Of a DNA stretch of 13,550 bases, positions 1-11,489 are shown piece by piece. The notes beneath the pieces were generated by a model. The model did not search any database and was not told the origin of the DNA. It saw only the letters and a program-made list of their open reading frames with translations. Location: IMG/VR virus record IMGVR_UViG_2529292922_000026, positions 1-13,550 of that record; one strand, written 5' to 3'. Source of the stretch: a virus (Duplodnaviria; Heunggongvirae; Uroviricota; Caudoviricetes). A program made the position numbers and the translations under genes. The first letter of the stretch is position 1; each line of letters begins with the position of its first letter.

Positions 1-1191
1 ATGCATCTGCTTGTCCATCCAAATGGTTCTAAGTACTGGCGTTTGCAGTACCGTTATGAGGGAAAGCAAAAAATGCTGGCACTTGGGGTTTATCCTGAAA
101 TCACACTAGCGGATGCCAGAGTACGTCGTGACGAGACGCGTAAGCTGCTTGCGAATGGCGTCGATCCGGGAGACAAAAAGAAAAATGATAAGGTTGAACA
201 GAGTAAAGCACGAACCTTTAAAGAAGTCGCGATTGAGTGGCATGGCACCAATAAAAAGTGGTCTGAAGATCACGCCCATCGTGTGCTAAAAAGTCTTGAA
301 GATAATCTTTTTGCAGCGCTTGGTGAACGTAATATCGCTGAGTTAAAAACTCGAGATTTATTAGCACCTATTAAGGCCGTAGAAATGTCTGGACGTCTTG
401 AAGTGGCCGCTCGTCTTCAGCAGCGCACTACAGCCATCATGCGCTATGCAGTGCAAAGTGGGTTAATTGATTATAACCCGGCACAAGAGATGGCTGGGGC
501 GGTTGCTTCCTGTAATCGACAACATCGTCCCGCGCTTGAATTAAAGCGCATCCCTGAGTTGCTTACAAAAATAGATAGCTATACTGGTAGGCCGCTAACC
601 CGATGGGCGATAGAACTCACTTTGCTGATCTTTATTCGGTCCAGTGAGCTGCGTTTTGCTCGTTGGTCAGAGATCGATTTCGAAGCGTCTATATGGACTA
701 TCCCACCGGAGCGGGAGCCTATTCCTGGAGTGAAACATTCCCATAGAGGCTCAAAAATGCGTACAACGCATCTAGTGCCTCTTTCAACGCAAGCTCTTGC
801 AATTTTAAAGCAGATAAAACAGTTTTATGGGGCCCATGACTTGATATTTATTGGTGATCACGATTCGCACAAACCCATGAGTGAGAATACGGTAAATAGT
901 GCGTTACGGGTCATGGGGTATGATACAAAAGTAGAGGTTTGTGGTCATGGCTTTCGAACAATGGCCTGTAGTTCATTGGTCGAATCAGGTCTGTGGTCTC
1001 GTGATGCTGTTGAACGTCAGATGAGCCACATGGCGCGAAATTCAGTGAGGGCCGCGTATATCCATAAAGCAGAGCATCTGGAAGAACGGCGATTGATGCT
1101 ACAGTGGTGGGCCGATTTTCTGGATGTAAACAGAGAAAGGTTTATCAGTCCATTTGAATATGCAAAGATTAATAATCCATTAAAACAGTAA
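1..1191 (+). CDS. P4-type tyrosine integrase, 5'-partial (ORF is open to the window edge, so the true start probably lies upstream)
   Basis: 396-aa ORF. N-terminal region (LLVHPNGSKYWRLQYRYEGK...LALGVYPEITLADAR) and C-terminal region (HGFRTMACSSL...RQMSHMARNSVRAAYIHKAEHLEERRLMLQWWADFL) match the architecture I recall for P4/CP4-57-type integrases. Confidence 0.85.
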   Translation: MHLLVHPNGSKYWRLQYRYEGKQKMLALGVYPEITLADARVRRDETRKLLANGVDPGDKKKNDKVEQSKARTFKEVAIEWHGTNKKWSEDHAHRVLKSLEDNLFAALGERNIAELKTRDLLAPIKAVEMSGRLEVAARLQQRTTAIMRYAVQSGLIDYNPAQEMAGAVASCNRQHRPALELKRIPELLTKIDSYTGRPLTRWAIELTLLIFIRSSELRFARWSEIDFEASIWTIPPEREPIPGVKHSHRGSKMRTTHLVPLSTQALAILKQIKQFYGAHDLIFIGDHDSHKPMSENTVNSALRVMGYDTKVEVCGHGFRTMACSSLVESGLWSRDAVERQMSHMARNSVRAAYIHKAEHLEERRLMLQWWADFLDVNRERFISPFEYAKINNPLKQ

Positions 1192-1195
1192 TCAT

Positions 1196-1222
1196 CCCGG
1201 GCAAATGCCCGGGAATTATTCT
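1196..1222 (+). terminator. Possible weak intrinsic terminator after the integrase
   Basis: CCCGGGC-AAAT-GCCCGGG perfect 7-bp stem directly after the TAA stop, followed by a moderately U-rich tail (AATTATTCT). Confidence 0.35.
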
Positions 1223-1591
1223 AGGATTATTTTCTTTGTTAAAAAAGACAAACGGTATTAACTGATGTATTTACTATTTACCGCTCCCTGCAGGGGGGAT
1301 TATTAGAATCCGCGGTTATTCATTATTTATATACATTCAATAAAAAAGTAACCTCATAAAAAATCCTGTACTCACAGGGTGATGCGGGATAACTGACGTA
1401 AGGAGTGCTGCAGGGATTTGATGGTCCCTTGTGCTGATATGAATACGGATATTTTATACAGAATACTTTTCAGTACAAGCGACTGTATTACAGTCTGCCA
1501 TATATGATTACCTGTGATCAGGAAGAATAAGTGGCTGAGGTTTCAAACTGTCTGCCGGTATATTCCTCTCTCCCTTAAAAACCATAACAGG

Positions 1592-5276
<3,685 letters not shown>

Positions 5277-5280
<4 letters not shown>

Positions 5281-5603
5281 CGACGTTAACTCAATGCCAG
5301 CAGCAGGTGCTGGATATGCTGATTTCTTATCAGAAAGAACGTGGCTTCCCGCCAACCAATCAGGAGGTGGCAACCATGCTGGGATACCGTTCAGTGAATG
5401 CAGCGGTGGAGCATCTTCGCGCACTGGAGAAAAAAGGCGTCATCACGATAAAGCGTGGCGTGGCCCGGGGCATCACGCTTCATACCGCGGTGAAGGACGA
5501 CGACAGCGAGGCGGTCGGGATTATCCGCTCACTGCTTGCCGGTGAGGAAAACGCCAGGCTGCGTGCAACCCACTGGTTACATAAGAGGGGCCTGAAAGTA
5601 TGA
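5277..5603 (+). CDS. LexA N-terminal DNA-binding-domain-like protein (winged HTH) lacking the S24 peptidase domain
   Basis: 108 aa. Residues 1-70 (LTQCQQQVLDMLISYQKERGFPPTNQEVATMLGYRSVNAAVEHLRALEKKGVITIKRGVARGI) align by eye with the LexA N-terminal domain ([63 protein letters not shown]). ATGA overlaps at both ends. Confidence 0.65.
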
Positions 5604-5989
5604 AGCTGATCCTGCCTTTCCCGCCCAGCGTGAACACGTACTGGCGACACCCCAACAAAGGGGCGTTTGCAGGTAAGAGCCTGATAAGCGCGGCGGGGCG
5701 AAAATTTCAGAGCGCGGCGTGCGCAGCAATAGTTGAACAGTTACGTCGTCTGCCGAAACCAACGTCGGCACCTGCTTCAGTGGAGATCGTGTTGTTTCCT
5801 CCGGATAACAGGATCCGCGATCTGGACAACTATAACAAGGCGCTGTTTGACGCCCTGACCCACGCGGGGGTGTGGGAAGACGACAGTCAGGTGAAAAGAA
5901 TGCTGGTGGAGTGGGGACCGGTTATCCCGGAAGGGAAGGTCGAGATCACTATCAGTAAGTACGAGAAAACGGCGGGTGCAGCTGCCTGA
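5600..5989 (+). CDS. rusA: Holliday-junction resolvase RusA
   Basis: 129 aa with the family motifs PPSVNTYW...DLDNYNKALFDALTHAGVWEDDSQV, the size and position of rusA in lambdoid nin regions. Confidence 0.85.
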   Translation: MKLILPFPPSVNTYWRHPNKGAFAGKSLISAAGRKFQSAACAAIVEQLRRLPKPTSAPASVEIVLFPPDNRIRDLDNYNKALFDALTHAGVWEDDSQVKRMLVEWGPVIPEGKVEITISKYEKTAGAAA

Positions 5990-6008
5990 TTAAGAGGAGA
6001 AACGAAGT

Positions 6009-6818
6009 ATGAATAATCTGATGGTCATTGATGGTATTGAAGTTCGTCGTGATGCTTATGGGCGTTACAGCCTGAACGATCTGCATCGCGCAGCAGTAGC
6101 ATCTGGTGCAAATGCCAGAACCAAGGAGCCAGGAAAGTTTCTTTCCAGCCAACAAACTGTTGAGCTTGTTCATGAATTAACCAACACCCAGAATTTGGGT
6201 GTTGACCCGGTGAGTGTGATTCATGGGGGAAATGAACGGGGAACGTATGTCTGTAAGGAACTGGTGTATGCCTATGCAATGTGGATCAGCCCGTCATTCC
6301 ATCTGAAGGTGATCCGTACTTTCGATATGGTAACCAGCGCGCCGGAAAAGTTATCCGGACAGGCTGCTGACAAGATGCAGGCTGGCGTGATCCTGCTGGA
6401 CTTTATGCGCCGGGAGTTAAATCTGTCTAACTCTTCAGTGCTTGGTGCCTGTCAGAAACTCCAGGAGGCTGTTGGCTTACCGAATCTGGCACCGCGCTAT
6501 GCCATTGATGCTCCTGCTGACGCGCCTGATGGCTCAAGCCGCCCGACACTGTCACTGAGTGCACTGCTGAAGCAGTATGGTATCCGCCTGACAGCTAATC
6601 AGGCATATCACCAGATGGCGAAGCTGGGGATCGTTGAACAACGTGAACGATACAGCCGTACCGCGATTAACAACATCAAAAAATTCTGGTCGCTGACGGC
6701 GAAAGGCTGCATGTTCGGCAAGAACATCACCAGTCCCGCAAATCCGCGCGAGACGCAGCCGCATTTCTTCGAATCCCGATTCCCTGAGCTGTTAAAGCTA
6801 CTCGATACCGTTCATTGA
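6009..6818 (+). CDS. KilA-N domain protein (Roi/antirepressor-like)
   Basis: 269 aa; N-terminus (MVIDGIEVRRDAYGRYSLNDLHRAAVASG) resembles the KilA-N DNA-binding domain; strong RBS GAGGAG; position between rusA and Q matches where roi-like genes sit. Confidence 0.5.
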   Translation: MNNLMVIDGIEVRRDAYGRYSLNDLHRAAVASGANARTKEPGKFLSSQQTVELVHELTNTQNLGVDPVSVIHGGNERGTYVCKELVYAYAMWISPSFHLKVIRTFDMVTSAPEKLSGQAADKMQAGVILLDFMRRELNLSNSSVLGACQKLQEAVGLPNLAPRYAIDAPADAPDGSSRPTLSLSALLKQYGIRLTANQAYHQMAKLGIVEQRERYSRTAINNIKKFWSLTAKGCMFGKNITSPANPRETQPHFFESRFPELLKLLDTVH

Positions 6819-6825
6819 GGTGACC

Positions 6826-6913
6826 GTGAGAGCACTACTGACCCCTGAAATTGCCCCGCGTATGGGGATCGTATTGTTCAGGCCAGGTTCAGAGCTGATG
6901 CCCCTGTTTATGC
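6826..6913 (+). pseudogene. 5' fragment of the DUF968 (YdfU-like) gene, separated from the gene body by the IS50-like insertion
   Basis: Frame open from GTG 6826 (RBS GAGG) or ATG 6862 up to the IS end. After removing the IS and one repeat copy the frame joins seamlessly to the ORF at 8468 (...PGSELMPLFM|QGRVLLEPEPE...). Confidence 0.5.
6906..6913. repeat. Direct repeat GTTTATGC flanking the IS50-like element (left copy)
   Basis: Perfect 8-bp repeat immediately outside both IS termini (left 6906-6913, right 8464-8471), consistent with a target-site duplication; 9 bp is expected for this family, so a boundary may be off by one. Confidence 0.6.
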
Positions 6914-8463
6914 CTGTCTCTTATACACAAATCCCCACCCGGGGATTTGTGATGTCTGTCAGTCTGCTTTAGGGGGACTCTTTCCATCCGGTAGTTTCCT
7001 TCCTCCCCGGCAGCGATTTTTTGAACTTTTTCCTCACCCGTTGATCTTCTCTTATATTTCATTTTCTTCGGGTCTGTTATGGTACTTTCTGATTGTTATT
7101 CATGGGCTAACGAGCAGTTTGGACATGCCCGTCTCGGTGATCCGCGTCGTACACGACGCCTTGTGTCACTGGCCTCTTCTCTCGCTCAGCATGCAGGTCT
7201 TTCTATTGTGAAATCATCCCAGTCCACTGCTCAGGTTGAAGGTGCGTACCGCCTGATACGTAACCCGTCTGTGTCCCCGCAAGCCATTGCCGAAGCCGGA
7301 TTTACCGCCACTGTAAGGGCATGTGAGGCTCATCCGCTGCTCCTCGCGCTGGAAGACACCACCACCATTAACTTCAGTCACAGTACGGCATCTGATGACC
7401 TGGGGAATACCACCACTAACCCGAAGACGCGCGGGCTGCTGGCTCACTCTGTCCTGATGTACGCCCCCGACAGCGCCCTGCCAGTCGGTCTTATCGAACA
7501 GCAGCGCTGGAGTCGTGCCACGGACACCTACGGTGTTAAGCACCAGCGAAAAGAACGTCCCTATGAAGAAAAAGAAAGTTACCGCTGGCAGCAGGCTTCG
7601 GAGCGCATGGCCGAACGGCTGGGGGAGATACAGAAACGGGTAATCACTGTCTGTGACCGGGAAGCGGATATCTGGCATTACCTGCATTATAAAGTCAGCC
7701 ACGGGCAGCGCTTCGTGGTGCGTGCAGCACAGAATCGCCGGCTGGAAGAAGCACCCGGCAAGCTCTTCGAACTGCCGGAAGTCCTGGCAACCGCGGGAAG
7801 CCACACGCTGAATGTGATGCAAAAAGGCGGGCGGGCAGCCCGCCAGGCCCGGATGTTCATCAGTTACAGCGAAGTCAGCATAAAAAATCCCGACAACAGC
7901 GGCCAGGCGCTCCCGCTCACGTATGTCTGTTGCCGGGAGCAGGCAGAGGACGGCGCCTGCTGGCATCTGCTGACGTCAGAAAAAGTGGCGAGTGCCGCCG
8001 ATGCGCGACGTATCGTCAGCCATTACGAGCGACGCTGGCTGATAGAGGAATACCACAAGGCGTGGAAAAGTGGTGGTACATGTGTGGAATCGCTGCGAAT
8101 GCAGACCCGGGATAACCTCGAGCGCATGGTGGTTATCAAGGCGTTTATCGCGGTGCGGGTGCTGGGCCTGCGGCAGGGCGGTATCAGTGAAGAAACACAA
8201 AATGACAGCTGTGAGAAAATACTGACGCCGACAGAGTGGAAACTGCTGTGGGTTAAGCTGGAAGGAAAACCGCTTCCGTCACAGATGCCGACACTGAAAT
8301 GGGCCTGTCTGAAACTGGCGAAACTGGGGCGATGGCATGACAGCAAACGCACCGGTCGCCCCGGTTGGGTAGTCATGTGGGATGGCTGGTTCAGACTTCA
8401 GGATATGGTTGAGGGTTACCTGGTGATGAAGTCTCTTGATCAGGAGATCTGATCAAGAGACAG
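6914..8463 (+). mobile_element. IS50-like insertion sequence (IS4 family), about 1550 bp
   Basis: Left end CTGTCTCTTATACACAAAT (6914-6932) resembles the Tn5 outside/mosaic end. Right end reverse complement CTGTCTCTTGATCAGATCT (8445-8463) is identical to the IS50 inside end as I recall it. Contains one transposase ORF. Confidence 0.8.
7079..8452 (+). CDS. IS4-family transposase (Tn5/IS50 Tnp-like)
   Basis: 457 aa; N-terminus (ARLGDPRRTRRLV...EGAYRLIRNP) and C-terminal YREK-type signature (SHYERRWLIEEYHKAWKSG) parallel Tn5 transposase; stop lies within the terminal repeat as in IS50. Confidence 0.9.
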   Translation: MVLSDCYSWANEQFGHARLGDPRRTRRLVSLASSLAQHAGLSIVKSSQSTAQVEGAYRLIRNPSVSPQAIAEAGFTATVRACEAHPLLLALEDTTTINFSHSTASDDLGNTTTNPKTRGLLAHSVLMYAPDSALPVGLIEQQRWSRATDTYGVKHQRKERPYEEKESYRWQQASERMAERLGEIQKRVITVCDREADIWHYLHYKVSHGQRFVVRAAQNRRLEEAPGKLFELPEVLATAGSHTLNVMQKGGRAARQARMFISYSEVSIKNPDNSGQALPLTYVCCREQAEDGACWHLLTSEKVASAADARRIVSHYERRWLIEEYHKAWKSGGTCVESLRMQTRDNLERMVVIKAFIAVRVLGLRQGGISEETQNDSCEKILTPTEWKLLWVKLEGKPLPSQMPTLKWACLKLAKLGRWHDSKRTGRPGWVVMWDGWFRLQDMVEGYLVMKSLDQEI

Positions 8464-8471
8464 GTTTATGC
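8464..8471. repeat. Direct repeat GTTTATGC flanking the IS50-like element (right copy)
   Basis: Identical to 6906-6913; contains the ATG (8468) used as start by the downstream truncated ORF. Confidence 0.6.
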
Positions 8472-9373
8472 AGGGGCGTGTCCTGCTGGAGCCAGAGCCG
8501 GAACGTTATTCATCTTTCGCCAGTGGTGCCGTTCCGGCGGCATCACAACCGCTGGCGGATGATCCTGCCGTTCGGACCGTGTTCCGCAATGAGGCAGTGA
8601 TCCGTCGTGCTGGTGGCGTGGAATGTCTTGAAAGCTGGTTACTTCGTGAAAAAGGTTGCCAGTGGCCTCATTCCGACTGGCACAGCGAGAACATGACCAC
8701 AATGCGACACACGCCGGGCGCAATCCGTCTGTGCTGGCACTGCGATAACCAGCTGCGCGATCAGTTCACGGAACGGCTGGAATCAATGGCAACGGATAAC
8801 TGTACCCGCTGGGTGTTGTCTGTTGTGCGTCGGGATCTCGGTTTTGATGACAGTCACGTTGTGACAATGCCGGAACTGTGCTGGTGGCTGATTCGTAATG
8901 ACCTGGCGGATGCCTTACCGGAAAGTGCAGCCCGTAAGGCACTGAGATTACCGAAGCCTGTTGTGCCGTCTGTCACCCGGGAAAGTGACCTTGTGCCTTC
9001 GGTTCCTGCCACCAGCATCATCCAGGATAAAGCGAAAAAGGTGCTGGCGCTGAAAGTGGATCCGGAGTCGCCGGAGTCTTTTATGTTACGCCCAAAACGT
9101 CGCCGCTGGGTTAATGAAAAGTACACGCGCTGGGTTAAGACACAGCCGTGTGCATGTTGTGGAAAGCCCGCTGATGATCCCCACCACCTGATAGGCCACG
9201 GTCAGTGTGGAATGGGTACAAAAGCGCATGACCTTTTTGTGTTGCCTTTGTGCAGAAAGCATCACGACGAGCTGCATGCGGATACCGTGGCATTTGAAGA
9301 GAAGTATGGCTCTCAGCTGGAGCTGATATTTCGTTTTATCGATCGTGCGCTGGCAATTGGCGTACTGGCGTAA
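8468..9373 (+). CDS. DUF968 family protein (YdfU-like), N-terminally truncated by IS insertion
   Basis: 301 aa; Cys/His-rich C-terminal region (CACCGKPADDPHHLIGHGQCG...LCRKHHDELH); located immediately upstream of the Q-like gene as in Qin-type prophages; its ATG sits in the flanking direct repeat. Confidence 0.6.
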   Translation: MQGRVLLEPEPERYSSFASGAVPAASQPLADDPAVRTVFRNEAVIRRAGGVECLESWLLREKGCQWPHSDWHSENMTTMRHTPGAIRLCWHCDNQLRDQFTERLESMATDNCTRWVLSVVRRDLGFDDSHVVTMPELCWWLIRNDLADALPESAARKALRLPKPVVPSVTRESDLVPSVPATSIIQDKAKKVLALKVDPESPESFMLRPKRRRWVNEKYTRWVKTQPCACCGKPADDPHHLIGHGQCGMGTKAHDLFVLPLCRKHHDELHADTVAFEEKYGSQLELIFRFIDRALAIGVLA

Positions 9374-9386
9374 GTGGAGAACGAGC

Positions 9387-10139
9387 ATGAACCTTGAAGC
9401 CTTACCGAAATATTACTCCCCGAAATCTCCAAAACTGAGCGATGACGCACCGGCGACAGGCTCTGGTGGTTTAACAATTACGGATGTGATGGCTGCGCAG
9501 GGGATGGTGCAGTCAAAAGCACCGCTTGGGTTTGCTTTATTCCTGGCAAAAGTTGGTGTTCAGGATCCTCAGTTTGCGATTGAAGGTCTGCTCAATTACG
9601 CGATGGCACTGGATAACCCGACATTGAATAAATTGAGTGAAGAAACCCGGCTACAGATCATTCCTTACCTTGTGAATTTTGCCTTTGCTGATTATTCCAG
9701 GTCTGCGGCAAGTAAGGCTCGCTGTGAGCATTGTGCTGGTACTGGATTTCATAATGTATTGCGCGAGGTGGTGAAACACTCCAGAAGCGGGGAATCTGTT
9801 ATTAAGGAAGAGTGGGTGAAGGAACTATGTCAGCATTGTCATGGTAAGGGAGAAGTCAGCACAGCATGCAGAGGGTGCAAGGGTAAAGGTATTGTCCTGG
9901 ATGAAAAAAGAACCCGGCTTCATGGCACGCCTGTTTATAAGGTTTGTGGGCGTTGCAATGGAAACCGGTTTAGCCGTTTACCAACCACACTGGCGCGGCT
10001 TCATGTCCAGAAGCTGGTACCAGACCTGACGGATTATCAGTGGTACAAAGGATATGCAGATGTCATTGATAAACTGGTTACAAAGTGCTGGCAGGAAGAA
10101 GCATATGCAGAGATACAATTGAGAAAGGTGACAAGATAA
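9387..10139 (+). CDS. Late-gene antiterminator Q-like protein (QuuQ-like) with four CxxCxGxG repeats
   Basis: 250 aa from ATG 9387 (RBS GGAGA 7 nt upstream), preferred over track start 9345, which overlaps the upstream gene. Position immediately upstream of a candidate promoter plus intrinsic terminator and tRNAs. Motifs CEHCAGTG, CQHCHGKG, CRGCKGKG, CGRCNGN. Confidence 0.6.
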   Translation: MNLEALPKYYSPKSPKLSDDAPATGSGGLTITDVMAAQGMVQSKAPLGFALFLAKVGVQDPQFAIEGLLNYAMALDNPTLNKLSEETRLQIIPYLVNFAFADYSRSAASKARCEHCAGTGFHNVLREVVKHSRSGESVIKEEWVKELCQHCHGKGEVSTACRGCKGKGIVLDEKRTRLHGTPVYKVCGRCNGNRFSRLPTTLARLHVQKLVPDLTDYQWYKGYADVIDKLVTKCWQEEAYAEIQLRKVTR

Positions 10140-10170
10140 ATGGTTTTCGCCGAAGATGACGACATGATGC

Positions 10171-10199
10171 TTGCATTTTTCAAAAAATATGGATAAGAT
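10171..10199 (+). promoter_or_regulatory. Candidate late promoter pR' (and overlapping Q-utilisation region)
   Basis: TTGCAT, 17-bp spacer, TAAGAT, about 30 bp after the Q stop and about 45 bp before an intrinsic terminator; position-based inference. Confidence 0.3.
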
Positions 10200-10245
10200 T
10201 TTCCCAACGATGGGCTTTGTATGTCTACCGTTGATAAGATTTAAG

Positions 10246-10270
10246 AACCCGCCGATGCGCGGGTTTTTTT
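10246..10270 (+). terminator. Intrinsic terminator, candidate tR'
   Basis: AACCCGC ... GCGGGTT stem followed by T7 (GAACCCGCCGATGCGCGGGTTTTTTTG). Confidence 0.6.
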
Positions 10271-10450
10271 GTACCCAGAATCCTGTGAGCTATACGGAAA
10301 GTACACAGAAAGGAAGGTGCGACCACAATTAATAACAAAATCTTAAAAATTGCACATGGCACTATTAGTTTTCTAAATATTGTGTATTTTTTGTATTGCA
10401 GGATGACCCTGTAACGAAGTTTGCGTAACAGCATTTTGCTCTACGAGTTT

Positions 10451-10479
10451 GCCAGCCTCCCCCAGTGGCTGGCTTTTTT
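10451..10479 (+). terminator. Second intrinsic terminator
   Basis: GCCAGCC-tcccccagt-GGCTGGC perfect 7-bp stem followed by TTTTTT. Confidence 0.5.
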
Positions 10480-10490
10480 ATGTCTGTAGC

Positions 10491-10601
10491 GTCAAAGCAG
10501 CAATGTCGCTGGGGCGTCGTGCAATTGGCGTTGAGCTGGAGACTGAACGTTTTGAGCAGACGGTCAGGGAAGTTCAGGATTTAGTCAGTCAGAACGGATG
10601 A
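10491..10601 (+). pseudogene. C-terminal remnant of a DNA methyltransferase
   Basis: Frame reads ...VKAAMSLGRRAIGVELETERFEQTVREVQDLVSQNG*. The GRRxIGxE segment looks like the C-terminal motif I associate with N4/N6 DNA methyltransferases; no upstream catalytic portion is present. Confidence 0.35.
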
Positions 10602-10641
10602 TATTGCAGAATTAGTTACGTACCGTTATTATCCTGCGCCC

Positions 10642-10717
10642 GGCCCTTTAGCTCAGTGGTGAGAGCGAGCGACTCATAATCGCCAGGTCGCTGGTTCAAA
10701 TCCAGCAAGGGCCACCA
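10642..10717 (+). tRNA. tRNA with anticodon CAU (Ile2/lysidine-type, ileX/ileZ-like; would be called Met by anticodon)
   Basis: 76 nt, acceptor stem GGCCCTT/AAGGGCC, anticodon loop CTCATAA, ends CCA; close to E. coli ileX as I recall it. Confidence 0.85.
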
Positions 10718-10724
10718 TCACATA

Positions 10725-10801
10725 CCGCCATTAGCTCATCGGGATAGAGCGTCAGCCTTCGAAGCTGGCTGTGCGGGGTTCAAGTCCCCGATGGCGGTCC
10801 A
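10725..10801 (+). tRNA. tRNA-Arg (anticodon UCG)
   Basis: 77 nt, acceptor CCGCCAT/ATGGCGG, anticodon stem TCAGC/GCTGG with loop CTTCGAA, T-arm CGGGG-TTCAAGT-CCCCG, CCA end. Confidence 0.85.
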
Positions 10802-10814
10802 TTATCAGCATCAT

Positions 10815-10891
10815 GCGTTGTTAGCTCAGTCGGACAGAGCAATTGCCTTCTAAGCAATCGGTCACTGGTTCGAATCCAGTACAACGCGCCA
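10815..10891 (+). tRNA. tRNA-Arg (anticodon UCU)
   Basis: 77 nt, acceptor GCGTTGT/ACAACGC, anticodon stem ATTGC/GCAAT with loop CTTCTAA, CCA end. Confidence 0.85.
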
Positions 10892-10904
10892 TATTTATTT
10901 ACTT

Positions 10905-10929
10905 GGCTCGCTTTTGCGGGCCTTTTTTT
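10905..10929 (+). terminator. Intrinsic terminator after the tRNA cluster
   Basis: GGCTCGC-tttt-GCGGGCC (one G-U pair) followed by T7. Confidence 0.5.
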
Positions 10930-10981
10930 GTATCTGCGTTACACCATTAACTAATAAATCGAGTGCTTATCAGGAGGCTAT

Positions 10982-11206
10982 GTGAAAAAACTGATGGTGA
11001 CGATTGGTCCGTTCGAAACAGAAGTTAGTTTTCGTGTTGTTCAGGGGGAGAGTGTACTTGTTGAAGATGTATTTCATGGAAAATCAACAGGTCCTTATGT
11101 AAAAGAATATCTTATCGACGCCACGGATGAAAATATTGAGGTGGTGTACGATTCCGTCAATCACCCTGATTTGATCATTAAGGCAAAATTGAAGCCACTT
11201 TATTGA
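10982..11206 (+). CDS. Hypothetical small protein (74 aa), no recognised domain
   Basis: ORF with AGGAGG 4 nt upstream of GTG 10982 (alternative ATG at 10994); sits where toxin cargo lies in Stx phages. Confidence 0.5.
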   Translation: MKKLMVTIGPFETEVSFRVVQGESVLVEDVFHGKSTGPYVKEYLIDATDENIEVVYDSVNHPDLIIKAKLKPLY

Positions 11207-11258
11207 TCTGACCGGGAGCAATCATAAAATATCTCTGGGTACCCACAAGGAGATAAAT

Positions 11259-11489
11259 ATGTTTGTTTCTGAAGTGTTAATGGAAGATAAGGACAACAAA
11301 GGATGGGTTAAAGGTTGGGCTGTGGTAAGAAGCTCGCCCTGGCATCTTGTTGGGGTTTTTGCGACAGAGGAAGACGCAGAAACGGAAGCAAGAAAGATGG
11401 GAGATAAGTACGAGGTTCACTATGGCTCGCATCGAACAGGAAGTGATGATTTTGTCTGGGGGAGTAACAGTCGTTTAACCCCAGAATAA
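11259..11489 (+). CDS. Hypothetical small protein (76 aa), no recognised domain
   Basis: ATG with AAGGAG 6 nt upstream; 3 of its 4 Arg codons are AGA, AGA and CGA; followed by a terminator. Confidence 0.55.
   Translation: MFVSEVLMEDKDNKGWVKGWAVVRSSPWHLVGVFATEEDAETEARKMGDKYEVHYGSHRTGSDDFVWGSNSRLTPE

Noticed and set aside
1481-1495. LexA/SOS box (CTGT...ACAG)
   Set aside because: The spacing is CTG-N5-CAG rather than the CTGT-N8-ACAG of SOS boxes, so it is kept only as a generic palindrome.
7214-7966. 250-aa minus-strand ORF inside the IS50-like element
   Set aside because: It lies entirely antisense within the transposase gene, with no RBS or recognisable domain; likely a GC-rich antisense artefact.
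8468-8470. ATG at 8468 as the native start of the DUF968 gene
   Set aside because: The ATG lies inside the repeat flanking the IS and the frame is open and continuous with sequence upstream of the insertion; the native start is more likely at 6826 or 6862.
9345-9386. ATG 9345 as the start of the Q-like gene
   Set aside because: It overlaps the upstream gene by 29 nt and lacks an RBS, whereas ATG 9387 has GGAGA at proper spacing just after the upstream stop.
10980-10985. ATG-TGA start-stop mini-ORF directly after the AGGAGG upstream of the first small ORF
   Set aside because: The ATG is only 2 nt from the Shine-Dalgarno sequence, too close for efficient initiation; the overlapping GTG at 10982 is the more plausible start.
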